A DNA stretch of 64,000 nucleotides from assembly GCA_963829545.1 (NCBI GenBank), contig CAWHIX010000006.1:65097-129096 (forward strand). Direction: 5' to 3'. The stretch comes from an uncultured Actinomycetes bacterium. Its GTDB lineage: Bacteria; Actinomycetota; Thermoleophilia; RBG-16-64-13. The notes beneath the pieces are model-generated. The model saw only the letters and a list, made by a program, of their open reading frames with translations, had not been told where the DNA came from and searched no databases. Below, in pieces: positions 31,160-41,923 of this stretch (position 1 is the first letter of the stretch; each line of letters begins with the position of its first letter). The translations under genes and the position numbers were made by a program.

Positions 31160-32940
31160 TCGGGGTGCCGCGATCAGAAGAGCTCGCCGTGGACTTTGTC
31201 CCTCGCCCTATCGATCTGCTCGGGCGTGGCCCCCAAGTGCGATAACACGTATTCGGAACATACCCAGGGCCACGTCTCCCACTCCCGAGAAGACCCGATC
31301 GGCTCCGGCTAGCGCGCAGCGCGGTGGATGTCGGCTGAGAAAGGCGGCCCGCGCCAGGATGTGGATACGTGGGTTCATCTCCCGGGCCATCTTGATGACG
31401 ACGCCTCGCGCTCGTGACCTGACGCCGCTGAGCACCGCTGCTCCCGGGCCCTGCGCACGCCGGCCTGCGTCGAGGATGGCTCGCCAGTGTCGCGTCTCCG
31501 AAGATCGCCCTGGTGCCCTCCTGAGCCCAACTGCTTGGACCGTCTGAGAGGTTCATCTCGACGATGGTCGGCGACTCCGTACTCCCGCGGAGGCGTGCGA
31601 CCTTCCGGCCCACGAGGCCCATGGCCCACGATGACGAGCCGGTGAGCAGAGTCTGTCTCCGCAGACGGTCCGTTCAAGGGCGAGGCGGCCGGGCCGGCAC
31701 CCGGGCGTTCAGAACGCGCCACCATCCTCTCTCGTTTGAAGGCCGCCGGTCGATGGGGGCCACTGTCCGGTATACGATGAGCTTGATGGATATGGAGACT
31801 ATGGCTGCCCCGACTGCGTTCGTGCGTCGGCGGTGAGGAACTGCGTTGGTGCCCACGGTAGCCAGGATGAATGAGAACTCCCCGATCTGGCGCCAGCGCC
31901 GCCGCGACTCCCAGACGTCACCTTGCTGGGGTAGCCGCCCACGATGCAGACCACCAGGGGCCGATGAGGGGTTTGGCGACATCAGCACGGCGGCGACGAG
32001 GAGCAGGATCGACCCGGGGATTCGACTAGAGACGCGGGGTCGAAGAGCATGCCCACGGAGACGAAGAAGAAGCACCACGAGAAGGTCGCGGAAGGGCAGA
32101 CGCTTCCGAAGCGGCCCGGAGGCTGAAGTCGGACGCGGAGATGATGAGGCCGGCAAGAAACGCCCCCAAGGCGAGGGAGACGCCGAAGCTGCGCGGACAG
32201 AGCGGCCACGGCGAACCAGATGCGCCACGACAACCATGAGGAAGACAGTCGCGCGCTGCGGCTGCGGGCGGCCTCGTAGCAACAGCCGGGGTACGACCCA
32301 GCTCGCTCACCACGACCACCAGAGACGACGACCCACGATCGCGACGGCGACGAGGATGGTCCAGGAACCGCCACCGGCATGTCTCCAGCTCCGTCGCCCG
32401 GCCAAGAAGGGGCAGCACGAGCATCATCGGCGACGACGAGGATGTCCTGGAAGATCAGCATGCCCAGCGCGTGTCTGGCCCACCGGGGTGTCGATCTGCG
32501 CTCGCTCGGCCGAGAGGTCTTGAGCACGACCGCGGTGCTGCTGAGAGCGACGAGCATACCGTAGCACGATGGTCTGCGGCCGCGGAAACCTGACCGCCAG
32601 GCCGACACCCGATCCGATGGCCGCTCCGGTGAGCATCACCTGCAGCGGGCCCGGCCACCGAGGAGGGCGCCGGGCCAGGCGCATCAGTCCCCGAAACGAG
32701 AACTCGCAGGCCGAGGGTGAAGAGGAGGAAGATCACGCCTACCTCGGCCAGCTGCCTCGACGCTCTCGGGGCTCCTCGATCGAGACCGAAGGCGTGTGCG
32801 GACCGATGAGGACTCCCGCCACGAAGAGACCCACGAGAGGGGGAAGCCGCAATCTGCCGAAGACCAGCGTCACGGCGAGCGGCCACCGCCATGACGATGA
32901 GGATGTCGGTGAGGGTGCTGCGTCATCGACCCCTCCGTCC
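31160..32940 (-). pseudogene. Kef-type K+/H+ antiporter (CPA2 + TrkA-N/RCK) degraded by at least five frameshifts
   Basis: Fragments in different frames: LAVTLVFGRLRLPPLVGLFVAGVLIGPHTP; LAEVGVIFLLFTLGL; SLALGAFLAGLIISASDF; RCK fragment VVIKMAREMNPRIHILARAA...LAGADRVFS. No frame stays open beyond about 200 codons. Confidence 0.6.
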
Positions 32941-33018
32941 AATCCCAGGAGAGAAGGAAAGGACCGTGCACCCGCCGTCGAAGACGAGACCTCCGAGCGC
33001 CCACCGGCAGCCAGCTCA

Positions 33019-33115
33019 GGCCAAGCTACCCCACGGCACATGAAAGAGTCCGCTTAGGGCTGCTACCTCCCGGTCCTGACCCGGTTCACAGAGTTCCATT
33101 GCGTAGGACCTGGCC
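33019..33115 (-). ncRNA. ffs: Signal recognition particle RNA, small (4.5S) type
   Basis: Minus-strand RNA ggccaggtcctacgcaatggaaCUCUGUGAACCGGGUCAGGACCGGGAGGUAGCAGCCCUAAGCGGacucuuucauGUGCCGUGGGGUAGCUUGGCC matches the E. coli 4.5S domain IV consensus (GGUCAGGUCCGGAAGGAAGCAGCC) and pairs its GGCC termini. The ends are approximate. Confidence 0.8.
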
Positions 33116-33315
33116 GTCAACACCACTTACCGGCGTCAGACCTCACAGGCCCGCTCCTAGGGCGGGGATTCCGTCCCGCTAAAGCGGATTGCGGGTACAG
33201 GGCACCGCTAGCTCCCCACCTAGCACGGTCGGCGAGGAGTATACAGCAGCTCGGCCCGTGCGGCGCCGCGGGGCAGCCGATGCGCCCAGGGCACCGGGTG
33301 GGCCTCCGGCTCGTG

Positions 33316-33900
33316 TCAAGTAGCGGTCGTGGTGCCGGTCATCGCCTCAGCCTCGTCCAGCAGGGGGGCGAGCGCCGCAATGAACTGCGTCCAGGAGAGT
33401 CGCCGCCCGCTGCGGGTCGTCGGAGGGGTTGCCCAGGGTCTCGATGACCGCGTGGGCCTCGGTCGAGCCTCTGCGCTACGGAACCCTCGGCTACGTCTGC
33501 GCCCGCGGTTGATGGTGGCGTACACGTCGATCATGGCCTGCTGGGCCAGGGTCAGGTCGCCCTCGGCCAGAGCCTGTCTGCCGGACAAGGCCTGCGTACG
33601 CGCACGCAGGCCGAAGATCAGCGCCATGCGCGGATCGTCCTGGGCCGCACCCTCGTCGGTCAGTTGCTGAGCCAGCGCAGTCCACACCTTCGCTGTATGG
33701 GCCAGTTCCGTCTGGTAAGTTGCGACAAGGTGATCGGGGGGCCGGTCGAGGTGGTGGTCGTATCGGCCGGACCGGACGCTGTGGTGGAAGCGTAGCCGCG
33801 GTGAGGTTCACCCGAGGGGGAGGTGGCGCTCGACGAGTCACCGGCGCAGGCGGAAAGCATGACCGCCATGAGGATGCGACCAAAAGGACCAGAAGGCAGG
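33316..33900 (-). pseudogene. Frameshifted small lipoprotein gene (lipobox LSACAG, S/T-rich linker, helical domain)
   Basis: Protein-like fragments MAVMLSACAGDSSSATSPSGEP..., KVWTALAQQLTDEGAAQDDPRMALIFGLRARTQALSG..., EAHAVIETLGNPSDDPQRAATLLDAV and FIAALAPLLDEAEAMTG sit in three frames. Confidence 0.3.
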
Positions 33901-33966
33901 CGGCTCTGAAGGTGGTGATGGGGGACCGGAACTTCACAGTGACTCCTCGGGGAATATGGCGGAGTG

Positions 33967-34062
33967 GGAGGGATTCGAACCCTCGGGACGAGTTACCCCC
34001 GCCCACACGATTTCCAGTCGTGCTCCTTAAGCCAGCTCGGACACCACTCCGCAGACGCCGAC
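33967..34062 (-). tRNA. tRNA-Ser (anticodon GGA), class II with long variable arm, CCA encoded
   Basis: Minus strand GCGGAGUGGUGUCCGAGCUGGCUUAAGGAGCACGACUGGAAAUCGUGUGGGCGGGGGUAACUCGUCCCGAGGGUUCGAAUCCCUCCCACUCCGCCA. Cloverleaf folded by hand: 7-bp acceptor, anticodon loop CUGGAAA, T-loop UUCGAAU. Confidence 0.9.
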
Positions 34063-34091
34063 GCAACGACAGCCGATAAGCAAAGCGGGAT

Positions 34092-34900
34092 TCATAGCCT
34101 CAGGGCCACGTGGGCTGCCCGCCCACGACCACCGTCCACACGATGAGCGCGATGCCGGACAGGAACGGTGCCGGGCATGACGAAGGCGGCCACGGGGTCT
34201 CTGGTGATCTCGTAGGGAGGAAGCACCCAGAAGCCGATGATGCTGAGGACCACGCTGGCGGCGATGACCGGGATCAACTGTCCTCCCTCCACGGCCATGT
34301 AGACGAAGACCAGCGCCGTAGGTGGCCAGGGAGCCGAGGACGAAGAAGAGCCGTTCCACGCCCGATATGCGTTGCCCGCTCCCCTGTCCCAGAATGAGGA
34401 TGACCGCGGTCACCAGGAAGAACCCCAGCCCCAACAGGAGGTAGCCCGCCTGTGTATCGAGGAATGCCACCTTGGCGGCGAACTCACCCTGGATGAACGT
34501 CTCCGGCAGCGCGCTCTGGATGGCATGGGCGGCGATGTGGATGCCGTGGCCGATGAGGGCGATGGAAAGGCCCACCCAGAACACCCAGGCGAAGGGACTG
34601 GAGATGACCGAGTACACGTTCAGCGATCCCCGCACCGACTGGGTGATGACCAGGAAGAGACGCGCGAAGGCGAAGGCGGCCAGGGCGGGCAGGAGGACGA
34701 GGAAGACCAGGTCGACCGGACCGATGGCCCAGGAATCGGCGCGCACGGGAGCGCCGGCCCGTATGCCCTGGAAGAGCTCCCAGGCGATCAGGGAGACCAT
34801 CAGCCAGAAGGTGCTGCGGGCTACGGGGGCGGTAGCTCTGACTGGGGTGGTGGCTCTCATCACCTTCTCCGGCTCCGGCGCGATCGCTCTCACGAGCGTC
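34092..34900 (-). pseudogene. Polytopic membrane protein of unknown function, frameshifted near 34300-34330
   Basis: The frame of ORF 34027..35130 carries STFWLMVSLIAWELF...GLSIALIGHGIHIAAHAIQSALPETF...GFFLVTAVILILGQ. The -1 frame continues MAVEGGQLIPVIAASVVLSIIGFWVLPPYEITRDPVAAFVMPGT (ORF 34092..34298). Confidence 0.35.
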
Positions 34901-34913
34901 GTGCCGGCCCATT

Positions 34914-35725
34914 CTATCGCGAGAGGCAGGCCGGCGAACGGGCGCACAGGGGTCCGGCTCGCGTCAGAGGATGAAGGGCAGAAGCGCCTTTCGTTCCGGC
35001 GGGTAGTCGGGGAACTCGCGTCGGTACCAGGCATGGGTCTTGATGGCGCGGGGAGCCAGATTGGCCACGGTCCACACGAAGAAGGCCAGAGCCGCCGGGA
35101 GTCCAGCAGGCCAGCGCCCATCCGCCCCATTCCACGATCTCACCGAGGTAGTTGGGGCACGACACGAAACGATAGCCGCCTCCCTGGGGGATCCTGTAGC
35201 CGTTCTCGCCGGGACGGCGCAGGGAGATGAGCACGCGGTCGGAGTGCTGATTGAGCGCGAATCCGGCAGCGAAGAGGACGACTCCGACGATGAAGCGGGG
35301 ATCGAGCATCCAGGACAGCTCCAAGTCGGGACCCAGCGTGTAGAGATAGCGGGCGTTCAGATAGCCGTTGCCCACGTTGAAGGTCGCCCCCATGGCGATC
35401 ACCGAGAGGGCCATCCTGGGCCGGACGCCGCGCAGACGGAAGGGATAGACGAACGACCGGTTGACGTAGTGGACGGCCCACAGCAGCAGAAGAACACGGC
35501 CAGGGGATTCCCTCGCTGGTCGCCGAGCAGGTAGAAGACGACGAAAGTGATGAGCGAGGGTGACTCCATGAGCACCCAGCCCCAGCGGGGACTGATGCGG
35601 GGGCCCCAGCCTCCGCGGGTGAAGCGTCCGTAGGGAGCGGTGACGAAGAAGAGGGCGAAGAAGGTGACGACCGCCAGCGCCAGCCAGGCGATCACCAGCC
35701 AGTCGTAGAAGAGTTGTTCGTCCAT
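34914..35725 (-). pseudogene. Steroid 5-alpha-reductase family / DUF1295 membrane protein with two frameshifts
   Basis: N-terminus MDEQLFYDWLVIAWLALAVVTFF...PRWGWVLMESP (ORF 35399..36043 frame). Middle LLLLWAVHYVNRSFVYPFRLRG...IPQGGGYRFVSCPNYLGEIVEWGGWALA, the PF02544 motif. The C-terminus LAFFVWTVANLAPRAIKTHAWYRREFPDYPPERKALLPFIL is in a third frame. Confidence 0.6.
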
Positions 35726-35767
35726 CCGGACTCGACTTATATCACCTAGCGCCCGGGGGCGCACGCG

Positions 35768-36666
35768 ATGTACGCTGACGCGATGCAGCAGATTCTGACC
35801 ATCATCACGCCCACGTTCTTCATAATCGCGCTCGGCTACCTGTTCGGGCGGGTCAGCCGGGCTTCGCCGGCTGTACTCATCGACGTGGTCATCTATCTGG
35901 CGACGCCCTGCCTGGTCCTTACCTCCTTGCTCGCCCAGCCCATCGTGGTCGGCGAGGCCGTGTGGCTGTGGGCCTCGTGTCTCCTGACCATCGCCGGGAC
36001 CGTATCTGCTCGCCCGACTGGTCTTCCTGCGCGGTCGCACCAAGCACTCCGGGCTCTACCTGCCCATCATGTTCGCCAACCTCATCAACCTGCCCCTGCC
36101 CATCGTCTATCTGGCCTTCGGCACGGAGGGTGTGGCCATGACGGTGCTCTTCTACATCCCGCAGGGCTTCCTCATCTACTCTCTGGGCGTATACCTGGCC
36201 GCGGGGCAGGAGGGGCTGAAGCCGGGCCTACGGGCCATGGCCCGCACGCCGCTGCTCTACACAGCGGTGCTGGGGGTGGCGCTGAATCTGGCCGGGGTGA
36301 CCCTGCCCACCCTGCTCTACGATTCGCTCAAGTTCATGGGCACGGCCAGCCATCCCGCTCATCCTCGTGGTCCTGGGGATGACCATCGGAAGTGTGAAGC
36401 TCACCCACGTCCCCCTCTCCCTGCTCGCCGGCGTCCTGCGCATGGGAGGAGGCTTCGCCTTCGGGATGCTGGCCGTGTGGGCCTTCGGGCTCACGGGAAT
36501 GGCCAGGAACATCGTGCTCTTCGAGTCGGCCATGCCGGCCGCCATCCTGACCGCGGTGCTGTGTACCAAGTACCGCAACGAGGCCGAACTGGTCTCCTCG
36601 GTCGTCCTCGTGACCACTCTGGCCAGCATAGTGGTCATCCCGGTGCTGCTATATTTCCTGCTGTGA
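35768..36666 (+). pseudogene. AEC-family (auxin efflux carrier / malate permease-like) transporter split over three frames
   Basis: ORF 35768..36382 (MQQILTIITPTFFIIALGYLFGR...), ORF 36069..37055 N-terminal part (MFANLINLPLPIVYLAFG...LYTAVLGVALNLAGV) and ORF 36367..36666 (TIGSVKLTHVPLSLLAGVLRMGGGFAFGMLAVWAFGL...VLLYFLL). Confidence 0.6.
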
Positions 36667-37330
36667 CCACCAGGACCCCTCCCTTCCTGCCCGACGGCAG
36701 CCCCTTCCGGCTGTCCGCGGTGCTCTTCGACTTCGACGGCACCCTGACAGAGCCCGGTGACTTCGATTTCGAGGCCATCCGTTCGGCTGTGGGATGCCCC
36801 TCCGGGGTGGGCCTGCTGGAATACCTCGAGGCTGTAGAAGATGCGGACGAGCGGAGCCGCAAGGAAGCCATCCTGGAGGAGGCCGAGGCGCTGGCGGCCG
36901 AGAAGGGTCGGCCCAACCAGGGAGCGGAAGAGCTCGTCGCGCTGCTGCGCTCTCAGCGCGTCCCCATGGCCGTCATCACGCCGGAACCGGTTGGCGTCGC
37001 TGGAGCGGGCGTTCGCCCGTGCTCAACGGCATCGGCGAAAGCGATTTCGCGCTGATAGTCACCCGCGATCTGGGCTTGGGTCCCAAACCGCTTCCGGACG
37101 GGGTTCTGCATATTGCGGCCGAGCTGGGTGTGGACCCGGGGACGATCCTCCTCATCGGGGATCACGCGTACGACATCGAGGCCGGGCGGCGGGCGGGCAC
37201 GCTCACCATGTACCTGCAGAACGATCCCGCCGCGCCCTTGCCCAAGGTGCCCGCCGACTTCACCGTAGCCGATCTGGGGGAAGCGGCTCGTATCATCCGC
37301 TACGGTCTTCCTTTGCCCACAGGCAAGCTG
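36663..37330 (+). CDS. HAD-superfamily hydrolase (motif I DFDGT), frame disrupted
   Basis: GTG at 36663 overlaps the AEC stop. VTTRTPPFLPDGSPFRLSAVLFDFDGTLTEP...; later ILLIGDHAYDIEAGRRAGTLT (HAD motifs III/IV) sits in a different frame (ORF 36794..37777). Confidence 0.5.
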
Positions 37331-38310
37331 CCGGCCGACCTGCTGGAGGAGAGCATCGGCACCATCGCCTCCGCCGACCCCGCCGTGCTGGTGGGCGCTC
37401 GTCTAGGAGAAGACGCGGCCGCCGTGGACGTGAGCGACGCCGAGATCCTGGTGCTGGCTTCCGACCCCATCACTCTGGCTGCGGACGACGTGGCCCGCTA
37501 CGCGGTGCTGGTCAACGCCAACGACATAGCCACGAGCGGAGCGCTTCCGCGCTGGTTCCTGACCACCCTGCTCTTCCCCCCGGCTCCACGGCGTCCGAGG
37601 TGGCGGCCTTGGTGCGCGATCTTCAGGAGAACTGCCGGCGGTGGGGCGTGTCGCTGTGCGGCGGGCACACCGAGGTCACCGACGCGGTCTCGCGACCCCT
37701 GGTGGCGGGGACCATGGCAGGGACGGCCGCGGGCCGCCGCCTACTCGATAAGCGCGACATGCGCGAGGGCGACATGATCCTCCTCACCAAGGGAGTGGCC
37801 GTGGAGGGTACGGGGCTCATAGCCCGGGAGTTCGGGCAGCGACTGAAGGCGGCGGGGATGAGTGCCGGCGAGCTAGATGCGTGTGCGGCCTTTCTGGAGC
37901 GGATGAGCATCCTCGACGAAGCGCGCGTCGCCCTGTCGTTCGAGGGGGTGACCGCCCTGCATGACGTCACTGAAGGCGGGCTGGCCATGGCAGTGACGGA
38001 GCTGGGCGCAGCCGGCGGACGCCGGCTGCGCGTCGACATGGACGGCATCCTCGTCTATCCGGAGACCCGTCGTCGTCTGCGCACTCCTTGGTCTCGATCC
38101 CCTGGGACTCATCGGCTCGGGCAGCCTCCTCATCACCTGTGCCGAGGACCAGGCGGGAGCGCTCGCGACGGTTATCGCGGCCGAGGGCATCGAGGTGGCC
38201 GTCATCGGAGAGGTGTTGGAAGAGGGTCGGGGTGTCGAGGCCTGGCAAGGCGGCGAGCGGCGCGACTGGCCCCGCTTCTCCAGGGACGAGGTCTCTCGCC
38301 TGACGGACTG
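37300..38310 (+). CDS. AIR-synthase-related (PurM-like; HypE/ThiL/SelD fold) protein, frame disrupted; may be fused to the HAD domain
   Basis: GKLPADLLEESIGTIASADPAVLVGARLGEDAAAVDVSDAEILVLASDPITL...VNANDIATSGALPRW, then in another frame CGGHTEVTDAVSRPLVAGTMAG...ALHDVTEGGLAMAVTELGAAGG and a C-terminal LITCAEDQAGALATVIAAEGIEVAVIGEVLEEGRG. Confidence 0.45.
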
Positions 38311-38336
38311 ATCCGGGCGGCGTCGTTAGTTCGCTC

Positions 38337-38864
38337 TTGCCAAACAGTACGGTGATGCCGTACAATATGGTCATGAGCAAAACCTGTGTAAATCTTGGAC
38401 ACGAGCCCTGTGCCTCCGTAGCGTTGGACGAGCGCTTCCGCGCCGCCTACTGGCGGTCGATGAAGCACCTCGAATCGCTCAGACTGCGCCAGTGGGAGGA
38501 GTCGAACCTCACTCTCCCCCAGTTGCGCGTACTCTTTCAGTTGCGACGGACCCCGGGCATCACCACAGGGTGCCTGGCCCGCAACCTGGGTGTCACCGTG
38601 TCGACCACCAGCGGGCTGGTCGCCAAGCTGGCAGAGCGCGGCCTGGTCGGCCGAGGCACTGTCGAAGGCGACCGACGCCAGATACCCCTGACTCTGACCG
38701 AGGCCGGCCAAGAACTGGCCGGCGAACTGGCTGCGATCTCCCGTCCTTTCCTGGACGAAGTCATCGACGAGTTGGGCGACGGACTGGCGGACGTGGTCTC
38801 GGCTCTCGAGAATCTGTACGCGGCGGCCGAGCGAGTCCGCCGACGCGAGGACGAGTGCTCATGA
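38337..38864 (+). CDS. MarR-family transcriptional regulator
   Basis: LTLPQLRVLFQLRRTPGITTGCLARNLGVTVSTTSGLVAKLAERGLVGRGTVEGDRRQIPLTLTEAG is a winged HTH. The stop overlaps the MFS start (ATGA). Confidence 0.8.
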   Translation: MPNSTVMPYNMVMSKTCVNLGHEPCASVALDERFRAAYWRSMKHLESLRLRQWEESNLTLPQLRVLFQLRRTPGITTGCLARNLGVTVSTTSGLVAKLAERGLVGRGTVEGDRRQIPLTLTEAGQELAGELAAISRPFLDEVIDELGDGLADVVSALENLYAAAERVRRREDECS

Positions 38865-40237
38865 GGCGCGCCCTGACCTCCGGCTCCGCTCTGGCCCACG
38901 GATTCCGTTCGCTCAAGAACCGCAACTACAGGCTGTTCTGGTTCGGACAACTCGTGTCGCTGGCCGGCACGTGGATGCAGGACGTCGCCCTCAGCTGGCT
39001 CGTCCTCAGCATGACCGACTCGCCCGTGGCGCTGGGTCTGACCATGGCCATCCGTTTCGCACCCGCCTTGCTCCTATCGGCCTACAGTGGAGTGCTCGCC
39101 GACCGGTTGCCCAAACGCACCACCATGATCGTGGCTCAATCGCTGCAGATGGTGCTCGCTCTGGCCATGGCGATTCTGATCTCCGCCGATGTAGTCACCG
39201 TCGCTCTCATCTATCTTCTGACCGGAGTGCGCGGCATAGTCGAGGCGGTGGAGGCTCCCACCCGGCAGGCTTTCGTGCCCGAGATGGTGGGGTCTCACGA
39301 TTTGCCCAACGCCATCGCTCTCAACTCGACCCTCTTCAACGCGGCCCGTATCGCCGGCCCGGCGGTGGGGGCGTTGGTGATCAGCACTCTGGGACTCGCG
39401 GCCTGCTTCTACGTCAACGCCCTGAGCTTCCTGGCCGTGATCGCCGCCCTGGCGGCTATGCGGACGGCCGACTTGCATCGCATGGGGTCGAAGAGCGTAA
39501 ATACCGGCAGCAGCGGACTACGCGAGGGCTTCCGCTACGTCCGCGCCACCCCGGATTTGATCGTCATCTTCATCGCCATGGGAACGATGGCCACCTTTGG
39601 CTTCAACTTCCAGACTACCTTGCCGCTCGTCACTCGCTACATTCTCGACGGGGGAGCCTCCACCCTGGCTATGCTCATGACCGTCATGGGGGTGGGCGCC
39701 GTCGTGGCCGGTCTGATCGCGGCCTATCGTGGTAAGCCCAGGCAGCGTCTGCTCCTCATCTCCGGCACCGCGCTGTCTCTGATTCTCTTCCTGGTGGGGC
39801 TCTCCAACTCGCTGGCGATCACCACGGTGCTCATGTTCCTGGTGGGTCTGTCGAGCGTGCTCTTCCTCACCAGCTGCAGCACGCGCCTGCAGCTGCTGGT
39901 GCCTGATCACCTGCGGGGACGGGTGTTGGGCATCTACATGATGATCTTTGTGGGAACGATCCCTCTGGGCAGCTACCTCATCGGGCAGTTGGCCGAATCG
40001 GTGGGCGTTCAGACGACGATGATCATCCTGGCCTCGCTCTGCTTCATCGGGATGGGGGCGGCGTTCGCGTATGCGCGGCGGACCCGTCCCGTCGCCGGCA
40101 GCGCTCGTCCCGCGACCGCCTTCGCGCAGACCGCAGAGGCGCGCCTGCGCGCACCGCGGCGGGGCGAAGACGGAAGGTATGCAGAGTCTCAGACTGGACG
40201 ACCTGCGGGCGCAGGAGTACCGCGGGCGCAGGAGTAG
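38861..40237 (+). CDS. MFS transporter (EntS/MFS_3-like, 12 TM)
   Basis: MRRALTSGSALAHGFRSLKNRNYRLFWFGQLVSLAGTWMQDVALSWLVL..., likely co-transcribed with marR. Confidence 0.85.
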   Translation: MRRALTSGSALAHGFRSLKNRNYRLFWFGQLVSLAGTWMQDVALSWLVLSMTDSPVALGLTMAIRFAPALLLSAYSGVLADRLPKRTTMIVAQSLQMVLALAMAILISADVVTVALIYLLTGVRGIVEAVEAPTRQAFVPEMVGSHDLPNAIALNSTLFNAARIAGPAVGALVISTLGLAACFYVNALSFLAVIAALAAMRTADLHRMGSKSVNTGSSGLREGFRYVRATPDLIVIFIAMGTMATFGFNFQTTLPLVTRYILDGGASTLAMLMTVMGVGAVVAGLIAAYRGKPRQRLLLISGTALSLILFLVGLSNSLAITTVLMFLVGLSSVLFLTSCSTRLQLLVPDHLRGRVLGIYMMIFVGTIPLGSYLIGQLAESVGVQTTMIILASLCFIGMGAAFAYARRTRPVAGSARPATAFAQTAEARLRAPRRGEDGRYAESQTGRPAGAGVPRAQE

Positions 40238-40400
40238 ACGAGGGGTGGGCGCCGACAACCTATGGGCCTCGCTTACTACTGAGCACTAGGTAGCTTTCGA
40301 CCCGTCTCGGTGCTACGATTGGCCCGTCGTCCTCCCCGGTCCACGCCCTCGGCTGCCGGGGCGGCATCTCCATTCGGCATCGGTTACGGAGGTTCGCAAA

Positions 40401-41195
40401 ATGCGCTTCATCGACGCTCATCTACATACGGACATGATCGAGGACAAGCAGCTGCAGAAGCTGGTCATGATGGGCATGGAGGCGGCCGTCGTCCCCAGTC
40501 CGCACATGTACTTGGGCAGCAAGGATGCCGACAGCGTGCTCCTGATGTGGGAGCGCTTCCTGGGCATGGAGACCACCACTGCCGCTACGCTCGGCTTCGA
40601 GCTGTTCACTTCTCTGTCGGTGCCCTTCTTCGGGGTCAACCACGCCGACGCCGAGAAGTGCCTGGCCCGCATGCCCGAGTTCCTGCAGGCCGATCGGGCT
40701 GTGGCCATCGGTGAGATCGGCCTCGACACCGGCACTCAGTTCGAGCAGGACCTGTTCCGTGAGCACCTGCGCATCGCCAAGGCTCACGACGTGCCCGTGA
40801 TCCTCCACACGCCAATCCGCATGGCTCCCCAAGGGCCGAAGGTGCTTCCCATGGTGCTCGACATCATCAAGGAAGAGGGCTTTCCCGTCGAGAAGTGCGT
40901 CTTCGACCATGCTTCCGAGCCCACCCTCGACTGGCGCGCGGCCACCGGGGGCATGATCGGTCTCTCGGTGTGCTGGGACAAGATGCCGCCGGAACCGGCC
41001 GCCCAGTATGTGGTCGACAACCCGGACAAGCGCGACCAGATCATAATCAACTCCGAGCTGGGTGGCGAGGGCAACGACTACTTCATGGTCCCCCGAGTCA
41101 TGCTGGCCATGAAGTTGTTCGGCCTCGACAAAGAGACCATCGACAAGGTGTGCTGGCAGAATCCGAGGGACTTCTTCCGGCTGCCCGTCGACTGA
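40401..41195 (+). CDS. TatD-family metal-dependent hydrolase
   Basis: MRFIDAHLH...GEIGLD...PVILHTP...FDH are amidohydrolase-fold motifs; RBS acggagg. Confidence 0.85.
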   Translation: MRFIDAHLHTDMIEDKQLQKLVMMGMEAAVVPSPHMYLGSKDADSVLLMWERFLGMETTTAATLGFELFTSLSVPFFGVNHADAEKCLARMPEFLQADRAVAIGEIGLDTGTQFEQDLFREHLRIAKAHDVPVILHTPIRMAPQGPKVLPMVLDIIKEEGFPVEKCVFDHASEPTLDWRAATGGMIGLSVCWDKMPPEPAAQYVVDNPDKRDQIIINSELGGEGNDYFMVPRVMLAMKLFGLDKETIDKVCWQNPRDFFRLPVD

Positions 41196-41261
41196 GAGGG
41201 CGCCCGCCCGGCCCTACTGGCGCGCCCGCTTTCCCCGAGCGGCGCGACCGTCTCGTCTTCG

Positions 41262-41732
41262 TCAACCCCCGGTCTTCTCCGGCCTGTGTCGGGGGGCGAT
41301 AGGGTGGGGTTCCCGCCCCTCCAGCCCGACTATCCCCCTGCGCCACTCTTCGGGTAGGGGGGCGCGCCGGCCCGCTGCGTAGTCGTACGAGACTATCTCT
41401 GCGTCGCCTAGGGCCGCCACTTTTCCCGCCTTACGGCTGATGGCGGAGTGCTCCATGATGAGGCGGTCTTCGCCCAGCGCTCGTACCCGGGCACCGACCG
41501 AAAGGGTGTCGGGGTAGGTCACCGGCAGCTTGTAGCGGCAACTCACCGAGGCGATGATCAGTCCGCGCTCTCTCCACGCCGGTCCGGGGGGTTCCATACC
41601 CATTCGCTCCAGATAGGCGACGCGCGCGGTCTCGAAGTACTGCAGGTAGATTATGTTGTTGACGTGGCCGAGGGCGTCCATCTCCCCCCAGCGCACCTCC
41701 ACCTCTACCACCACGGGATAGTCGCTCAGCAT
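41262..41732 (-). CDS. Acyl-CoA thioesterase, hotdog fold (YbgC/4HBT family)
   Basis: VEVRWGEMDALGHVNNIIYLQYFETARVAYLERMG. Confidence 0.85.
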   Translation of the reverse strand: MLSDYPVVVEVEVRWGEMDALGHVNNIIYLQYFETARVAYLERMGMEPPGPAWRERGLIIASVSCRYKLPVTYPDTLSVGARVRALGEDRLIMEHSAISRKAGKVAALGDAEIVSYDYAAGRRAPLPEEWRRGIVGLEGREPHPIAPRHRPEKTGG

Positions 41733-41829
41733 CTGGTCTCCTGGAGCAATCGTGGGTAAGCGTCGTCGCTTCGTGCCATCTCATTGTACCCCTCCGGCAT
41801 CCGCCCTCCCCGGGTGCGCCTGCGACGGG

Positions 41830-41858
41830 TTGATATCAAAAAGATATCGTAATAATAT
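41830..41858 (+). promoter_or_regulatory. Near-consensus sigma70-type promoter TTGATA-N17-TAATAT within an AT-rich island; embedded GATATC-aaaaa-GATATC repeat
   Basis: gggTTGATAtcaaaaagatatcgtaaTAATATgag lies about 65 nt upstream of the SPFH gene start (RBS gcaggaggagag + ATG 41924). Confidence 0.5.
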
Positions 41859-41923
41859 GAGACGGCGAACAACGCAAGACGTGTCGCTGGGACAGTCTCG
41901 CCGAGACATAGGCAGGAGGAGAG

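Noticed and set aside
33120-33300. Possible ydaO (c-di-AMP) riboswitch or tRNA-like element upstream of the Kef pseudogene (GCGGGACGGAAUCCCCGCC resembles a T-arm; two AAUCC motifs)
   Set aside because: No cloverleaf can be completed and the ACGGGG/CCCGCC ydaO core is absent. The adjacent sequence is clearly the SRP RNA. The rest is probably ffs promoter/leader or degraded spacer.
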